IMG/VR virus record: IMGVR_UViG_3300033069_001107
Coordinates: 1 to 64,000 of that record
Source: an uncultured virus (IMG/VR IMGVR_UViG_3300033069_001107)
Taxonomy: Duplodnaviria > Heunggongvirae > Uroviricota > Caudoviricetes
Strand: one strand, 5' to 3'
Length of the DNA stretch: 64,000 nucleotides
Part shown: piece by piece, positions 1-8,959 of the stretch
Numbering within the stretch: the first letter of the stretch is position 1
How the letters are laid out: each line of letters opens with the position of its first letter
The notes under the pieces: generated by a model
Told to the model about the DNA's origin: nothing
Databases searched by the model: none
What the model saw: only the letters and a program-made list of their open reading frames with translations
Position numbers and translations under genes: made by a program

Positions 1-129
1 GGCTCCAGGGTCAGGGTCTCGATGTGCCGTACCATCCCGCTTCGTGCCACGTGCCTCACGATCAGCCAGATGGTCCGGATGTTCTTGGCCACGATCACCT
101 CTTGCAGGTGTTTGATCGCAGCGTCGCGC

Positions 130-492
130 TCAGACTTCGTGTGACTCATTCGACACCTTCCGCATGTTACGCAATATCTCTTCCGCCTTCTCCCTCGCCG
201 CCGTGACTCGGGCCGTGGCCTCCACCGCGCTCTCTTGCAGTCTCTTGACCAGCTCCTCGAAGTAATCCACCGCCGCGACGCGTGTCTCTCGACTAGCGTT
301 GATCAGGGGCGTGCTGCCTCCCTCGTGAATGACGGCCAAACACCAGTTCTTTCCGTACTTGCCGAAGCCCAGGAAACAGTCCCCCATGACCAGTTTCGCA
401 GAGGCACCCAGCCGCATCTCGACCAAGAGTTGCTCGAACTCCCGGATCTTCTGATTGAGCCGTTCGGTCTCTTCGTTCAGGCGAGAGGTCAT
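130..492 (-). CDS. hypothetical phage protein
   Basis: 120-aa ORF with GC3-rich codons; overlaps the upstream ORF stop (ATGA). Confidence 0.75.
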   Translation of the reverse strand: MTSRLNEETERLNQKIREFEQLLVEMRLGASAKLVMGDCFLGFGKYGKNWCLAVIHEGGSTPLINASRETRVAAVDYFEELVKRLQESAVEATARVTAAREKAEEILRNMRKVSNESHEV

Positions 493-773
493 GGCTTCCT
501 CTTCGGCGCCACTTCGTTCAGCATCTGACTCAGATCGTCCGGAGCCTCCTCCGCCTCCCCCAACAGCGCATCCGCCATCTCATCGAAGTCGCTCGCGTCC
601 AGGTCCCTCTCGTCTTGGCCGGTAGGCCACTCCGACCTGTCGTAGATGATCTCCAGGAATGGCTGCTCCACGAGATCCTGCCGCAGCTTCGAGGCCAGGA
701 ACCGCAGCGCCCCTACCAGGATGTCGATCTCATCATCCTCGAACTCGAAGACCCCATCTGATACTCTTCGCAT
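489..773 (-). CDS. acidic hypothetical protein
   Basis: 94-aa ORF preceded by GAGG; coupled to the next gene. Confidence 0.75.
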   Translation of the reverse strand: MRRVSDGVFEFEDDEIDILVGALRFLASKLRQDLVEQPFLEIIYDRSEWPTGQDERDLDASDFDEMADALLGEAEEAPDDLSQMLNEVAPKRKP

Positions 774-793
774 TCTTTTCCTCTTTTCTAGTC

Positions 794-829
794 AAAAGAA
801 AACCGGCGAGGGATGTGCAGTCCCTCGCC
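794..829 (-). terminator. intrinsic terminator
   Basis: GGCGAGGGA/TCCCTCGCC stem followed on the minus strand by TTTTCTTTT. Confidence 0.7.
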
Positions 830-845
830 TGTCTTCCGGTGCCCG

Positions 846-1040
846 CTACGCCTTGGCCCGACGACACGCCGGGCAGTTGCCCGTCGACAGATCAGAGATG
901 GTCAGCACCACCTCTGAATGACAGGCGCGACAGCGCGCCTTCCAGGAGTCGACACCCCGCCGCCGCACGGGGTATCGAACGACCAGCGAACCAACGATCT
1001 TGCCCAGGTAGATCTCAGTCACGGTTTTCTCCTGCAACAC
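846..1040 (-). CDS. small zinc-ribbon protein
   Basis: CRAC and CPAC pairs in 64 aa. Confidence 0.6.
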   Translation of the reverse strand: MLQEKTVTEIYLGKIVGSLVVRYPVRRRGVDSWKARCRACHSEVVLTISDLSTGNCPACRRAKA

Positions 1041-1088
1041 GAGCCTGCGTGCTCGCGTGCAGACCTTCTACCAGGAAGAGAAGGGAGT

Positions 1089-1349
1089 TTAGGGCCGGTA
1101 GTTCGCCTTCGTCGACAGATGAAGCACCCACAGCTTGTCTGAGTCACGCCGACACAGCCTCACGCTGTGCAATGCCTCCAGCTTGCTGTCGGGTCCTGCG
1201 ATGTACACGTTCAGATCCAGCGGCAGCTGATCCGCGTGATTGACGACTCGTGTCATCATCTCAAAGAGTGCCCGTGCCGTCAGGCACTCGCCTTCACTGG
1301 ATGCGACACGCTCGTCCCCGTCATCGCCGTGGCTGATGTACGTACTCAT
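1089..1349 (-). CDS. hypothetical protein
   Basis: Start re-called at ATG 1349 (MSTYISHG), overlapping the upstream stop. Confidence 0.65.
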   Translation of the reverse strand: MSTYISHGDDGDERVASSEGECLTARALFEMMTRVVNHADQLPLDLNVYIAGPDSKLEALHSVRLCRRDSDKLWVLHLSTKANYRP

Positions 1350-1564
1350 GCACTCCTCTTCTTCTTCGCCCTGTTCAGCTGGAGCTTCATCACATCCAAC
1401 CACCGATCCGCCTGTGTGGGCCGTCTTACGAACTTCGCTTCAAACGCCGCATCCCACTTCGCATCCGCGCGAGCGCTCTCGCACCCAGCGCAGATCCCGC
1501 CCTTGGGAGACTTGTAGACCGTTGTGCACCACCCGTGGTTGTGGCAGTAGAAGGCGGTGGTCAC
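1346..1564 (-). CDS. small Cys/His protein
   Basis: Start at GTG 1564; CHNH and CAGC motifs. Confidence 0.6.
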   Translation of the reverse strand: MTTAFYCHNHGWCTTVYKSPKGGICAGCESARADAKWDAAFEAKFVRRPTQADRWLDVMKLQLNRAKKKRSA

Positions 1565-1989
1565 TCTTCCCTCGGCGGCGCCTGCGGCACGCTGGCATCC
1601 CCAGGAAGCGCCCGCTCGATGGTGATCGACTCGTCGGTCCACTGGTCCCACTCCGCGACAGCCTCCCGGTAGTTCCCAGACTCCAGCAGCGTGCGGATCG
1701 CGTCCTGGGCGCGCAGCGACAGATCCGTCCACCACGTGATGATGATGTTGCACGCCGCGCGGTAGGCAGCGTCCTCGTCATCCAGGATGGAGGTGTCCGT
1801 GCCGTGTCGATGTGAGTGGTGCAGCGCGTACTTGACGCGCGTCGCCTCTACGTCTTGTCTCGACACCCACTTCCGAGTCGCTTCGCTCGCAGGCGCTCCC
1901 GTAGGTGCCGAGAGCAGACAGAACCCGGACTCGACTCGCAGGACCTCCCACACGCCCTGTGTCGTTTCGATGACATCCCCGACTTCCAT
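1561..1989 (-). CDS. hypothetical protein
   Basis: 142-aa ORF with GGAGG RBS. Confidence 0.75.
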   Translation of the reverse strand: MEVGDVIETTQGVWEVLRVESGFCLLSAPTGAPASEATRKWVSRQDVEATRVKYALHHSHRHGTDTSILDDEDAAYRAACNIIITWWTDLSLRAQDAIRTLLESGNYREAVAEWDQWTDESITIERALPGDASVPQAPPREE

Positions 1990-2000
1990 TCATTCCCTCC

Positions 2001-2067
2001 AAAAGAAAACCACGCCGTATGGACTACCACCCCCGACCCATTCGGTGGCGGTAGTCCATACGGCGTA
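2001..2067 (-). terminator. intrinsic terminator whose stem contains the TACGSCGTA motif
   Basis: 17-bp inverted repeat ACGCCGTATGGACTACC/GGTAGTCCATACGGCGT; minus-strand TTTTCTTTT tail. Confidence 0.7.
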
Positions 2068-2071
2068 TGCC

Positions 2072-2368
2072 TCACTTTCGCCCCACAAGTGCCGCGTGCA
2101 GCACTCGCAAGGCGTCCCACGGCCGCAGCGAGGTCTCCTCGCGAACGTACTCCTGAATCTGTCGATCCAGGAGCGCGAACCAGACCCCAGCCACGCCCGC
2201 TCCGAAGGTGATCACGCAGATGTTCCTGCGAAGGACCGCCGACTCCTCGGTCCAGATCGTGAGGCTCAGCGCCGCCACGACCCCAGCCGAGACCGCAAAC
2301 AAACTGGCGTAAAACGCCACGCTCTTGACCGCCGCGCGATGCGCAGGGTCGGACAGGTTGATTCCCAT
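2072..2368 (-). CDS. small membrane protein with two hydrophobic helices
   Basis: Two hydrophobic segments; AAGGAGGT RBS. Confidence 0.75.
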   Translation of the reverse strand: MGINLSDPAHRAAVKSVAFYASLFAVSAGVVAALSLTIWTEESAVLRRNICVITFGAGVAGVWFALLDRQIQEYVREETSLRPWDALRVLHAALVGRK

Positions 2369-2373
2369 ACCTC

Positions 2374-2402
2374 CTTATACCCGAAAAGGGTGGGAGGTTC
2401 GG
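2374..2402 (-). promoter_or_regulatory. class A phage promoter, copy 1
   Basis: CCGAA-N11-TTTCGGGTATAAG directly upstream of the RBS of 2072..2368. Confidence 0.7.
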
Positions 2403-2406
2403 GGAG

Positions 2407-2595
2407 CTACCTCTTGAGCCTTGTCGCAAACTCCTGCGCCTGGATTGCCAACTCCTCGTTGGTCAGGCGCCACTCGCTACCCGCAGGTACGCACTCGTCT
2501 TGGGCGATGATGAACTCCACCTTGTCTGGCGACACGTGGTCGCGCATGAGCTCGTACAAGAAGGCCGTCAGTGGATCTTTTGTTGGGAAGGGCAT
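2407..2595 (-). CDS. hypothetical protein
   Basis: Start re-called at ATG 2595 (MPFPTKDP). Confidence 0.65.
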   Translation of the reverse strand: MPFPTKDPLTAFLYELMRDHVSPDKVEFIIAQDECVPAGSEWRLTNEELAIQAQEFATRLKR

Positions 2596-2596
2596 G

Positions 2597-2971
2597 TCAG
2601 TCCTGTGGCTCGATCGGTTCAATGTCCCAGTCGAACACCTTGAGGATGTCGAGGACTCGGTCGAGGGTCTCATCGGAGAACTCTGTCTTGATGGGGTCAA
2701 GAGAGTAGACCGACCACTCGTTGTCTGGATCTCCCGACAGCAGCGTACAGAGCTCGATGGTCTCTTCCGTCTCCAGGTCTTCGCCCACGTAGTTGGACAG
2801 GTTCCCCGCCACGAGTGTCTGTCGCAGGACTGCGCGTGCGTCTTCTCGGGCGTACTTGCGTGCCGCAGCCTCTTCACGGAACAGCACTACTCGTCCGTAG
2901 GTATCCAGGCGGCACATGTTGTCGTCGGCGTCTTCTTCGAAGCAAGGCTCTTTGGCGAGGTACATCACCAC
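2597..2971 (-). CDS. acidic hypothetical protein
   Basis: 124-aa ORF within an operon. Confidence 0.7.
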   Translation of the reverse strand: MVMYLAKEPCFEEDADDNMCRLDTYGRVVLFREEAAARKYAREDARAVLRQTLVAGNLSNYVGEDLETEETIELCTLLSGDPDNEWSVYSLDPIKTEFSDETLDRVLDILKVFDWDIEPIEPQD

Positions 2972-3375
2972 ACCTCTTCCAGCCGCGTCTGACTAGGTGT
3001 GAGCTTGCCCTGAAGCTGCCGCGCATCTGCGTGAAGAAAGCCCGTTCCCATGCCCGTCGATTCAGCCACCCACCCGAAGTTATCGTTGTACACGAGCGCG
3101 TCCGTGTGGGCGATCGATGCCTCCAGGAGGATGTAGTAGAACGGAGGGGGAGAGGTCGGTTGCCTCTTACACCCCAGCAGCTCCAGGGTGCTGTTGAGCG
3201 TGTCTTGCTCGCCCTGCCATCGCACCGCGATCTCCAGGGCCTTGTTCACTTCGTGATCACGCGCTTCGTACCGATTGAGCTCCCACCTCTTCCTCCCATG
3301 GAGGTAGAACGCCAGCTCGGCGTCATCGATCTTGAACCCTGTGAAATCAGTACTTGAGACTCGCTTCGGTAGCAT
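2965..3375 (-). CDS. hypothetical protein
   Basis: 136-aa ORF within an operon. Confidence 0.65.
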   Translation of the reverse strand: MLPKRVSSTDFTGFKIDDAELAFYLHGRKRWELNRYEARDHEVNKALEIAVRWQGEQDTLNSTLELLGCKRQPTSPPPFYYILLEASIAHTDALVYNDNFGWVAESTGMGTGFLHADARQLQGKLTPSQTRLEEVW

Positions 3376-3739
3376 TGATCCACTCCTCTGCCTGTTGAAG
3401 TTCGAACACCAGTCGGTCCGGAAGGCGTGTGTTGTTCTCGGGGAGGAGGCAGGCGTATGCGTCCTCCATGCTGCGGAACTCCGAGCGCCGCCGCACCGCC
3501 ATCAGGTCGATCGCGCGAATCTCACAGATCAGTTTCACGGTCTTGTGGACTCGTCGTGCGTTCTTGACGCTCAGCGCTCGTTCGTAGGGGGCTCGCGCCA
3601 CGACAGTGTTGTAACGCGTCCCCGTACACACCTTCTGGTCGTAAAGCTCCAGCCGCAGGTGAAGGAAGGCAGCGAGCCGGAAGATGGTTCGCTCCTTCGG
3701 GTCCGAGGCGAACTCCCCCGTGAAGTCCGCCTTACTCAC
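3347..3739 (-). CDS. hypothetical protein
   Basis: 130-aa ORF with GGAGG RBS. Confidence 0.65.
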   Translation of the reverse strand: MSKADFTGEFASDPKERTIFRLAAFLHLRLELYDQKVCTGTRYNTVVARAPYERALSVKNARRVHKTVKLICEIRAIDLMAVRRRSEFRSMEDAYACLLPENNTRLPDRLVFELQQAEEWINATEASLKY

Positions 3740-4388
3740 CCACCCTCCTGATTCGCCCCTTGAACGCCTCCTCCACCCGGGCGTCGTTGTTGTAGTCCTT
3801 GTCCACGTACACCGTCTGAATCCCTCCGCTCAGCAGCGCCTTGGCGCAGTTCCAGCAGGGGTAGGTGTTCGTGTAAATGTCCGCGTCCTTGATCGATACG
3901 CCGTATAGCGCCGCCTGCGCCACCGCGTTCATCTCCGCGTGCACCGTCCGCACGCAGGTCTCCCGCCCGTTCGTGACCACGATGTCGTGCCCCACGTCGT
4001 CGCAGTGAGGCATCCCAGGGGGCGAGCCGTTGTACCCCGTCGCGATGATGCGCCGATCCCGCACGATCACCGCCCCCACATGCTTGCGGTCGCAGGTGGC
4101 GCGGGTGGCCACGACCTGGGCGATGTTCATGAAGTAGACGTGCGTGGAAGGTCGGAGATCCGTCGCCTTGTACAGGTGTTCGAGGGTGTCGTCAGGGAAC
4201 CCCGCGACCTCCGAAAGGTCACCGCCGATCGCGATCATGAGCGACTTGACGCTGCGATAGCGATTGACCTCGCCCCCGCAGTACGCGCGAGCCGCTGCCA
4301 TGGACCGCTCGATCATCTCCCGTGCTTCCTTCGGCGTCCTCATCCTCATCTTCATCTCATCCATCGACTCTTCTCCCTTCGCTGTCAT
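3732..4388 (-). CDS. dCMP deaminase (ComEB-like) with N-terminal extension
   Basis: TCDRKHVGAVIV, TGYNG, and the zinc-deaminase motifs HAEMNA and PCWNC; exact start uncertain. Confidence 0.92.
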   Translation of the reverse strand: MTAKGEESMDEMKMRMRTPKEAREMIERSMAAARAYCGGEVNRYRSVKSLMIAIGGDLSEVAGFPDDTLEHLYKATDLRPSTHVYFMNIAQVVATRATCDRKHVGAVIVRDRRIIATGYNGSPPGMPHCDDVGHDIVVTNGRETCVRTVHAEMNAVAQAALYGVSIKDADIYTNTYPCWNCAKALLSGGIQTVYVDKDYNNDARVEEAFKGRIRRVGE

Positions 4389-4614
4389 ACGACCACCCCA
4401 GCTTCATCCACGGGTGGTTGATCACGTACCCCACCAGATCGACCCGACGCTCCAGAATCTGGAACACGTCGGCTCGCATCTCCGCACCTTCGTACACCCA
4501 CCCCAGGCACTTGTGCCCCAGCCACACGCCCACCTGACTCCCGGAAGAGAGCTCCAGCCAGACTTCGCGCGGCGTTGCATCGCCTCGGACGTAGATCAGA
4601 AGATCTGGTTCCAT
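4357..4614 (-). CDS. hypothetical protein
   Basis: Start re-called at ATG 4614 (MEPDLLIY). Confidence 0.55.
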   Translation of the reverse strand: MEPDLLIYVRGDATPREVWLELSSGSQVGVWLGHKCLGWVYEGAEMRADVFQILERRVDLVGYVINHPWMKLGWSYDSEGRRVDG

Positions 4615-5396
4615 CGAAGGAACGCCCCCACGACTTCTTCCGACAGGGTGTCTCCGTACCACTGCCCGAGCAGCGCCCTGCCCTCTTTGATCGAGGCGCA
4701 GGGCATGTCCACGAATGACCCCGGCCGGTGGGGGTCGGGCATGCTCACACTCACTCCGAGGTCTTCGCGGGCCTCGAAGAAGTCTCGCACCCGGGCCTTC
4801 GCGTCCGCGAGCGCGCGCTTGTTGGGCACACTCTTCGCCAGATCCCACCCGCCCACAAGGGCTGAAGCCAGAAGCCCGTTCTCAGCGAAGTCACTGCCGA
4901 AGTAGCCGCAGACGGAGTCGATGGGCTCCTCCATGTCTCGGCCTTGGAAGATCTTGAAGCAGTAGATGTCGCCGGTCAGGAACTGGTCGTACGCTTTGAC
5001 CTCGGCCTCCAGGATCTTCTCCGCCTCCTCCTTGGTGCAGTTCGCATCATCGAACCCCATCGCGATCATCCGGCTCTTGCGGACGACGCCGAGGCCGAGA
5101 CAGCCAGAGTCCCACGCGTCCCAGTAGGGCTTGAGGCGGATGGTAATCCCTCCATGGTCGTGTCCGTAGATCTCACGTGCGATCAGAACGTCCGTGTCTC
5201 GCATCAACTCGGCGTACAGCCCCGTCGGGTTATTCTTGAAGTCCTCCGGGGGGTCCTTGTCCCCCAGCGTGTACCTCCGGTGAGACATCCACAGGTTCGC
5301 GATGTTCTCGTGCTCCCGAGGGTTCGTGGGGTCGTCGTCCTGGTAGACGAACACCAGCTTGTCGTTGAGTTCGTAGATCGCGTGCGCTTCTCGCAT
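4596..5396 (-). CDS. hypothetical protein of a phage/ICE-type family
   Basis: Start ATG 5396 with AGGAG RBS; motifs DHGGITI, WDSGCLG, EVKAYDQFLTGDIY and DSVCGYFG recalled from mobile-element proteins. Confidence 0.8.
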   Translation of the reverse strand: MREAHAIYELNDKLVFVYQDDDPTNPREHENIANLWMSHRRYTLGDKDPPEDFKNNPTGLYAELMRDTDVLIAREIYGHDHGGITIRLKPYWDAWDSGCLGLGVVRKSRMIAMGFDDANCTKEEAEKILEAEVKAYDQFLTGDIYCFKIFQGRDMEEPIDSVCGYFGSDFAENGLLASALVGGWDLAKSVPNKRALADAKARVRDFFEAREDLGVSVSMPDPHRPGSFVDMPCASIKEGRALLGQWYGDTLSEEVVGAFLRWNQIF

Positions 5397-5520
5397 GGGT
5401 CTCCTATACGGCGTATTCGTCCGCCGCCCGAACCCTCGACACGCAGGGGCTCGGGCGGAGGACGAAGTCGAGCGCACCCACAACATGTGGGTGCGCTCAT
5501 CCTTCTACCTGTGTTCTGGG

Positions 5521-5832
5521 CTACTTTCGCGAGGCGTCGATCAACGCCCGGACCCGGACCCCGAGATCGGAGGGGTCATCCCGCACCAGCTCGTAGATCT
5601 GCTCGATGAGCGTCGGCTCAGGGGGCAGCGGCGGCAGGCCGAGCCGCGCCCGCGTGTTCGCGCCGGTCACGTCATCCAGCGTAGCCCAACCACCCCCCTG
5701 TCGAGCATAAATCGCGTCCAGAGGCGCGGCGTCTTCAGCCGCGAGATGTTGCTGATCACGGATGTACGATCGTCCCGAGACTACCAGCTCACCCCACTTC
5801 TTGATCCAGACGTACTCCTCAGGCTTGGGCAT
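5521..5832 (-). CDS. hypothetical protein
   Basis: Start re-called at ATG 5832 (MPKPEEY). Confidence 0.65.
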   Translation of the reverse strand: MPKPEEYVWIKKWGELVVSGRSYIRDQQHLAAEDAAPLDAIYARQGGGWATLDDVTGANTRARLGLPPLPPEPTLIEQIYELVRDDPSDLGVRVRALIDASRK

Positions 5833-6064
5833 CGCGCTTCCCGTGCAGTTCTTCGTTGGCCCGATCCGCCAGATCACCCGCCGACGCGGAGTTGTTCGTG
5901 CCCCAGATCGCGTTAGCGATCGCGCGATAAGCATCCTTGGGCGGGGAACCGCCCTGGATGATGTACCACCCACGCGGCGTCTTCGTCGCGATCATCACGT
6001 CGTTGTAGTGGATGGCCTGATAGTGATCATCCCCACGGAACATCCCGCGCGGCTTTTCTTCCAT
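5819..6064 (-). CDS. hypothetical protein
   Basis: 81-aa ORF with GAGGAG RBS. Confidence 0.7.
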   Translation of the reverse strand: MEEKPRGMFRGDDHYQAIHYNDVMIATKTPRGWYIIQGGSPPKDAYRAIANAIWGTNNSASAGDLADRANEELHGKRDAQA

Positions 6065-6076
6065 CGCGAACTCCTC

Positions 6077-6292
6077 TCACGCCCCCGGCAGCGGGTGACC
6101 CTTCACCCACGTCTCGAAGTCCCCCTGCGACGCCCGGTACACGATCTCTCCCGGGCCCTTCTTGCCCTCCTCCTTGCGTCGCCCCACTTCCTGCGCCGCA
6201 CCGATCCCGACCAGCACCGTCATCAGGGCGTAGGCCACCTTCTGTTCGAGCTGGCACTTGGTCATCAGCTCCTTGATCGTGAACTCCATCAC
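6077..6292 (-). CDS. small protein, possibly winged helix
   Basis: 71 aa; helix-helix then beta-wing-like pattern (GKKGPGEIVY). Confidence 0.6.
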   Translation of the reverse strand: MMEFTIKELMTKCQLEQKVAYALMTVLVGIGAAQEVGRRKEEGKKGPGEIVYRASQGDFETWVKGHPLPGA

Positions 6293-6831
6293 TTCCCTCG
6301 CGTCGGCTTCTCGTTGTACTTGGACGTGTCGGCGTTGTTCTTCAGCGCCCAGATCTTCACCTCGCGCTCGTGGATGCCGCGAGACTCGCTCGTGTACTTG
6401 TAGCGGTTGTTGGTCTCCACGAGAACGCCCTCTCGCTTGAGGCGCTTGAACACCGCGCCCATCCAGTGCTCGGGACCCGAGTCGTCGCTGACCAGCCCCA
6501 CGTCGGCCATCTTCGCACGCACCTCTCGGCTGTGCACCGTGAGGTTCGCCTTCGCGATCTGCACCGCGTAGTAGCAGGCCCAGTTGATCAGGTCCGGGTA
6601 CTGCTTCTCCAGCTTGGCGAGGCTCTCGTTCGTCGCCGCGTGCGGGTTGCCGCTCAGCTTGCGCTTGGGCTGCGGGTCGAGCAGCACGGCACCGGCCGGG
6701 ATCTCGCAGTTCTCAGCGAGCGCGTCGTACTTGCCGTCCGCGAGCTTGTAGACCTTGACGAACTTCTTCTTGATCTCGGCGGGAGTCCAGCCCTCCCAGG
6801 CGCCTTCGGGTGTGTCACTCATCGTCCGCAT
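6289..6831 (-). CDS. hypothetical protein with possible C-terminal winged HTH
   Basis: Strong codon bias; WMGAVFKRLKREGVL...KIW pattern. Confidence 0.75.
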   Translation of the reverse strand: MRTMSDTPEGAWEGWTPAEIKKKFVKVYKLADGKYDALAENCEIPAGAVLLDPQPKRKLSGNPHAATNESLAKLEKQYPDLINWACYYAVQIAKANLTVHSREVRAKMADVGLVSDDSGPEHWMGAVFKRLKREGVLVETNNRYKYTSESRGIHEREVKIWALKNNADTSKYNEKPTRGK

Positions 6832-7207
6832 CCTCTTCGTCTTCGTCGTCCTCTTCGTCTTCGTCTTCTTCCTCGATGATCGCCTCTTCTTCCTCCGCCG
6901 CGAAGGCTTCGAACACGTCGGCGTCGCTCTGCGTGTCGACGAGGCGCCCGCCGCCCAGCAGCTTCACGGTCCTCACCTCCCAGTCGTACACGTCCTCGAT
7001 GCCCTCCAGGAAGAGTTCGACGTGATCTTCGTCTTCCGACTCCACCAGGAACGCGGCACTGAGCTGGGTCCAGGACCCATGCCCGTCGTGAACGCGAAGC
7101 ACTTGATGGAGCAGGACCCCCTTCGCCACGCGGCTGTGTGCGAAGAGCTCCTCCCCCTCGGGGATGGACGCCTCGATGTCGAGGCGCGCAGAAACCAGAA
7201 ACTTCAT
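6815..7207 (-). CDS. highly acidic protein
   Basis: 130 aa with an Asp/Glu-rich tail. Confidence 0.75.
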   Translation of the reverse strand: MKFLVSARLDIEASIPEGEELFAHSRVAKGVLLHQVLRVHDGHGSWTQLSAAFLVESEDEDHVELFLEGIEDVYDWEVRTVKLLGGGRLVDTQSDADVFEAFAAEEEEAIIEEEDEDEEDDEDEEDADDE

Positions 7208-7575
7208 GATGACCTCAGGTGTTGATGGTGGTTGAGAAGCAGTTCAGGTACCAGAACGCCGCACGTGTCGCAGAGTTCCGCAGAGACACCCTCCGTCAGG
7301 TAGAGCGTCTCAAGCATGGGATAGAGCACGAGGAGTGAGGTGGGTTCACCCAGGCGCTTCTTGAGAATGACGTGGAGATCGAGCGCGATGTCCCAGCACG
7401 CGTCGGACCGGAATCGAGCTTCATCTTGAAGTACTCGCTCCTGATACTCCTCCGGGTAGCCGAGATGAAACACCCCCTCGAAGACCTTGCGACAGGTCTC
7501 CACCTTGTTCGCGTCGAGCCATCGTTCGAGGCGGTCGACCCAGGGGGTGTAGGGTTCGATGGGGTAGAAGAGCAC
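7204..7575 (-). CDS. hypothetical protein
   Basis: 123-aa ORF coupled to the next gene. Confidence 0.65.
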   Translation of the reverse strand: MLFYPIEPYTPWVDRLERWLDANKVETCRKVFEGVFHLGYPEEYQERVLQDEARFRSDACWDIALDLHVILKKRLGEPTSLLVLYPMLETLYLTEGVSAELCDTCGVLVPELLLNHHQHLRSS

Positions 7576-7578
7576 GGG

Positions 7579-8205
7579 CTACTTGTCCTTGGGGGGTTCG
7601 AGGGGATCTGTCGAGATGGTCACCTTGTCGATCGCCCGGCCCCTCCCCGTCACGATCACATCCAAGGGGATCATGTGCCCCTTCACCATGTTCTCCTGAA
7701 GCTCCCGCACCAACCTCTCCCGCTCCGGCGCCGGGATCGCCGCACCCATCACGTGGATCGGCCCCTCCTCCTTCGACACGTCCGCGCCGAAGCTCCACCG
7801 CCCCGAGTCCCAGACGTGCTTGCAGTGGTAGCACCTGTGCGTGTGATGCGGCCGACGCCGCCCGTCGATCTCCAGGTTGTCGAAGCGCGCGCCCTCGATG
7901 TGCTGCTTGCCACACTTCGGACACGCGATGTACTCGCGCGGGAGGGCTTCATCGCACACCCGCTGAAACCGCGCCAGCTCCTTCGCCTGCTCGATGACCG
8001 TTCGGCAGAGCTCGGGGAGCTTGTTGATCGCGGTCACGATCAGCATTGCGTCGGAGTGCCCCTCCTCTGAGTGAGGGATCCTCGCGAGCTCCCCCTCGGC
8101 GTGCTCGATGATGTAGTCGTCGCCATCGTCGCTCATCCAGACGGGGCGAAGCAGGAACGCTTCGGCATCTTCGAGGATGGACTGGGCTTGGTCAGGGCTC
8201 ATCAC
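7579..8205 (-). CDS. hypothetical protein with a zinc-binding segment
   Basis: CPKCGKQH...HHTHRCYHC. Confidence 0.75.
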   Translation of the reverse strand: MMSPDQAQSILEDAEAFLLRPVWMSDDGDDYIIEHAEGELARIPHSEEGHSDAMLIVTAINKLPELCRTVIEQAKELARFQRVCDEALPREYIACPKCGKQHIEGARFDNLEIDGRRRPHHTHRCYHCKHVWDSGRWSFGADVSKEEGPIHVMGAAIPAPERERLVRELQENMVKGHMIPLDVIVTGRGRAIDKVTISTDPLEPPKDK

Positions 8206-8489
8206 TTGAGCATCTCCCGCACCTGATACACCCGCTCTTCCACCTTCACATCGAACGCGCGCAGCGCGTTGTCGAACGTAGAGCCTTCCCCATCCGCGAT
8301 GGCGCTACCGTCTTCGCAGAGCGAGACCCGCCACCCGCTCAGTCGGGCCTTCTTGATCGGGCAGAAGGCTCCCGGCAGTTCGATCGAGAAGACCACATTC
8401 TCCGGGGCCACGATCCGCCCAGGGCTCTCGGGCACTACCGTCTGGTACGCCACCAGCGCCCGTCGAAACACTTGCTCCAGCTCTCTCAT
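8202..8489 (-). CDS. hypothetical protein
   Basis: Start re-called at ATG 8489 with GGAGG RBS. Confidence 0.7.
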   Translation of the reverse strand: MRELEQVFRRALVAYQTVVPESPGRIVAPENVVFSIELPGAFCPIKKARLSGWRVSLCEDGSAIADGEGSTFDNALRAFDVKVEERVYQVREMLK

Positions 8490-8514
8490 GCTTCCTCCAT
8501 ACGCCGTATTGGCG

Positions 8515-8643
8515 TCAGTCCCCGTCATACGTCTTGCGGATCTTCTTGCCCGTGAGCTCTTCGGCGTGCTGGATGTACTGGGCGGCGCGGGGATAGTAAC
8601 AGCCTGAAGTGCTTTCGATGACCCTGAAGATCACCTTCGACAT
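8515..8643 (-). CDS. 42-aa ORF overlapping the 3' end of the methyltransferase-like gene
   Basis: MSKVIFRVIESTSGCYYPRAAQYIQHAEELTGKKIRKTYDGD; better GC3 codon use than the overlapping frame. Confidence 0.4.
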   Translation of the reverse strand: MSKVIFRVIESTSGCYYPRAAQYIQHAEELTGKKIRKTYDGD

Positions 8644-8959
8644 TCCGTTCGAGCCCCACGTAGACGATGGTCGTCACCCCACGCATCATGGCCTGCTGGA
8701 TCGTCAGCCACACGAAGTCTCCGTGGCACGGCCGACAGAGCATGACCGTCGTCGCCGCGATGAACGGGTAGCAGGTCCCGTCACCTCGGATGGTCTTGCT
8801 CTCAGGGAACAGGTCGAGTCCGACCCCCCCGATCCCGATCTCGCGCAGCCCCTCCGACGTGTGTCCGTCTCCCGCACCCACCTCGAACACGAACTGGTTG
8901 CGCAGGAACTTCTTCGCCCACGCAAAGAAAGCGGGGGTTGGTTCAAAGAACCTCGACAT
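8525..8959 (-). CDS. class I SAM-methyltransferase-like small protein
   Basis: VFEVGAGDG motif I, followed by GLD and RGDG. Confidence 0.6.
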   Translation of the reverse strand: MSRFFEPTPAFFAWAKKFLRNQFVFEVGAGDGHTSEGLREIGIGGVGLDLFPESKTIRGDGTCYPFIAATTVMLCRPCHGDFVWLTIQQAMMRGVTTIVYVGLERNVEGDLQGHRKHFRLLLSPRRPVHPARRRAHGQEDPQDV

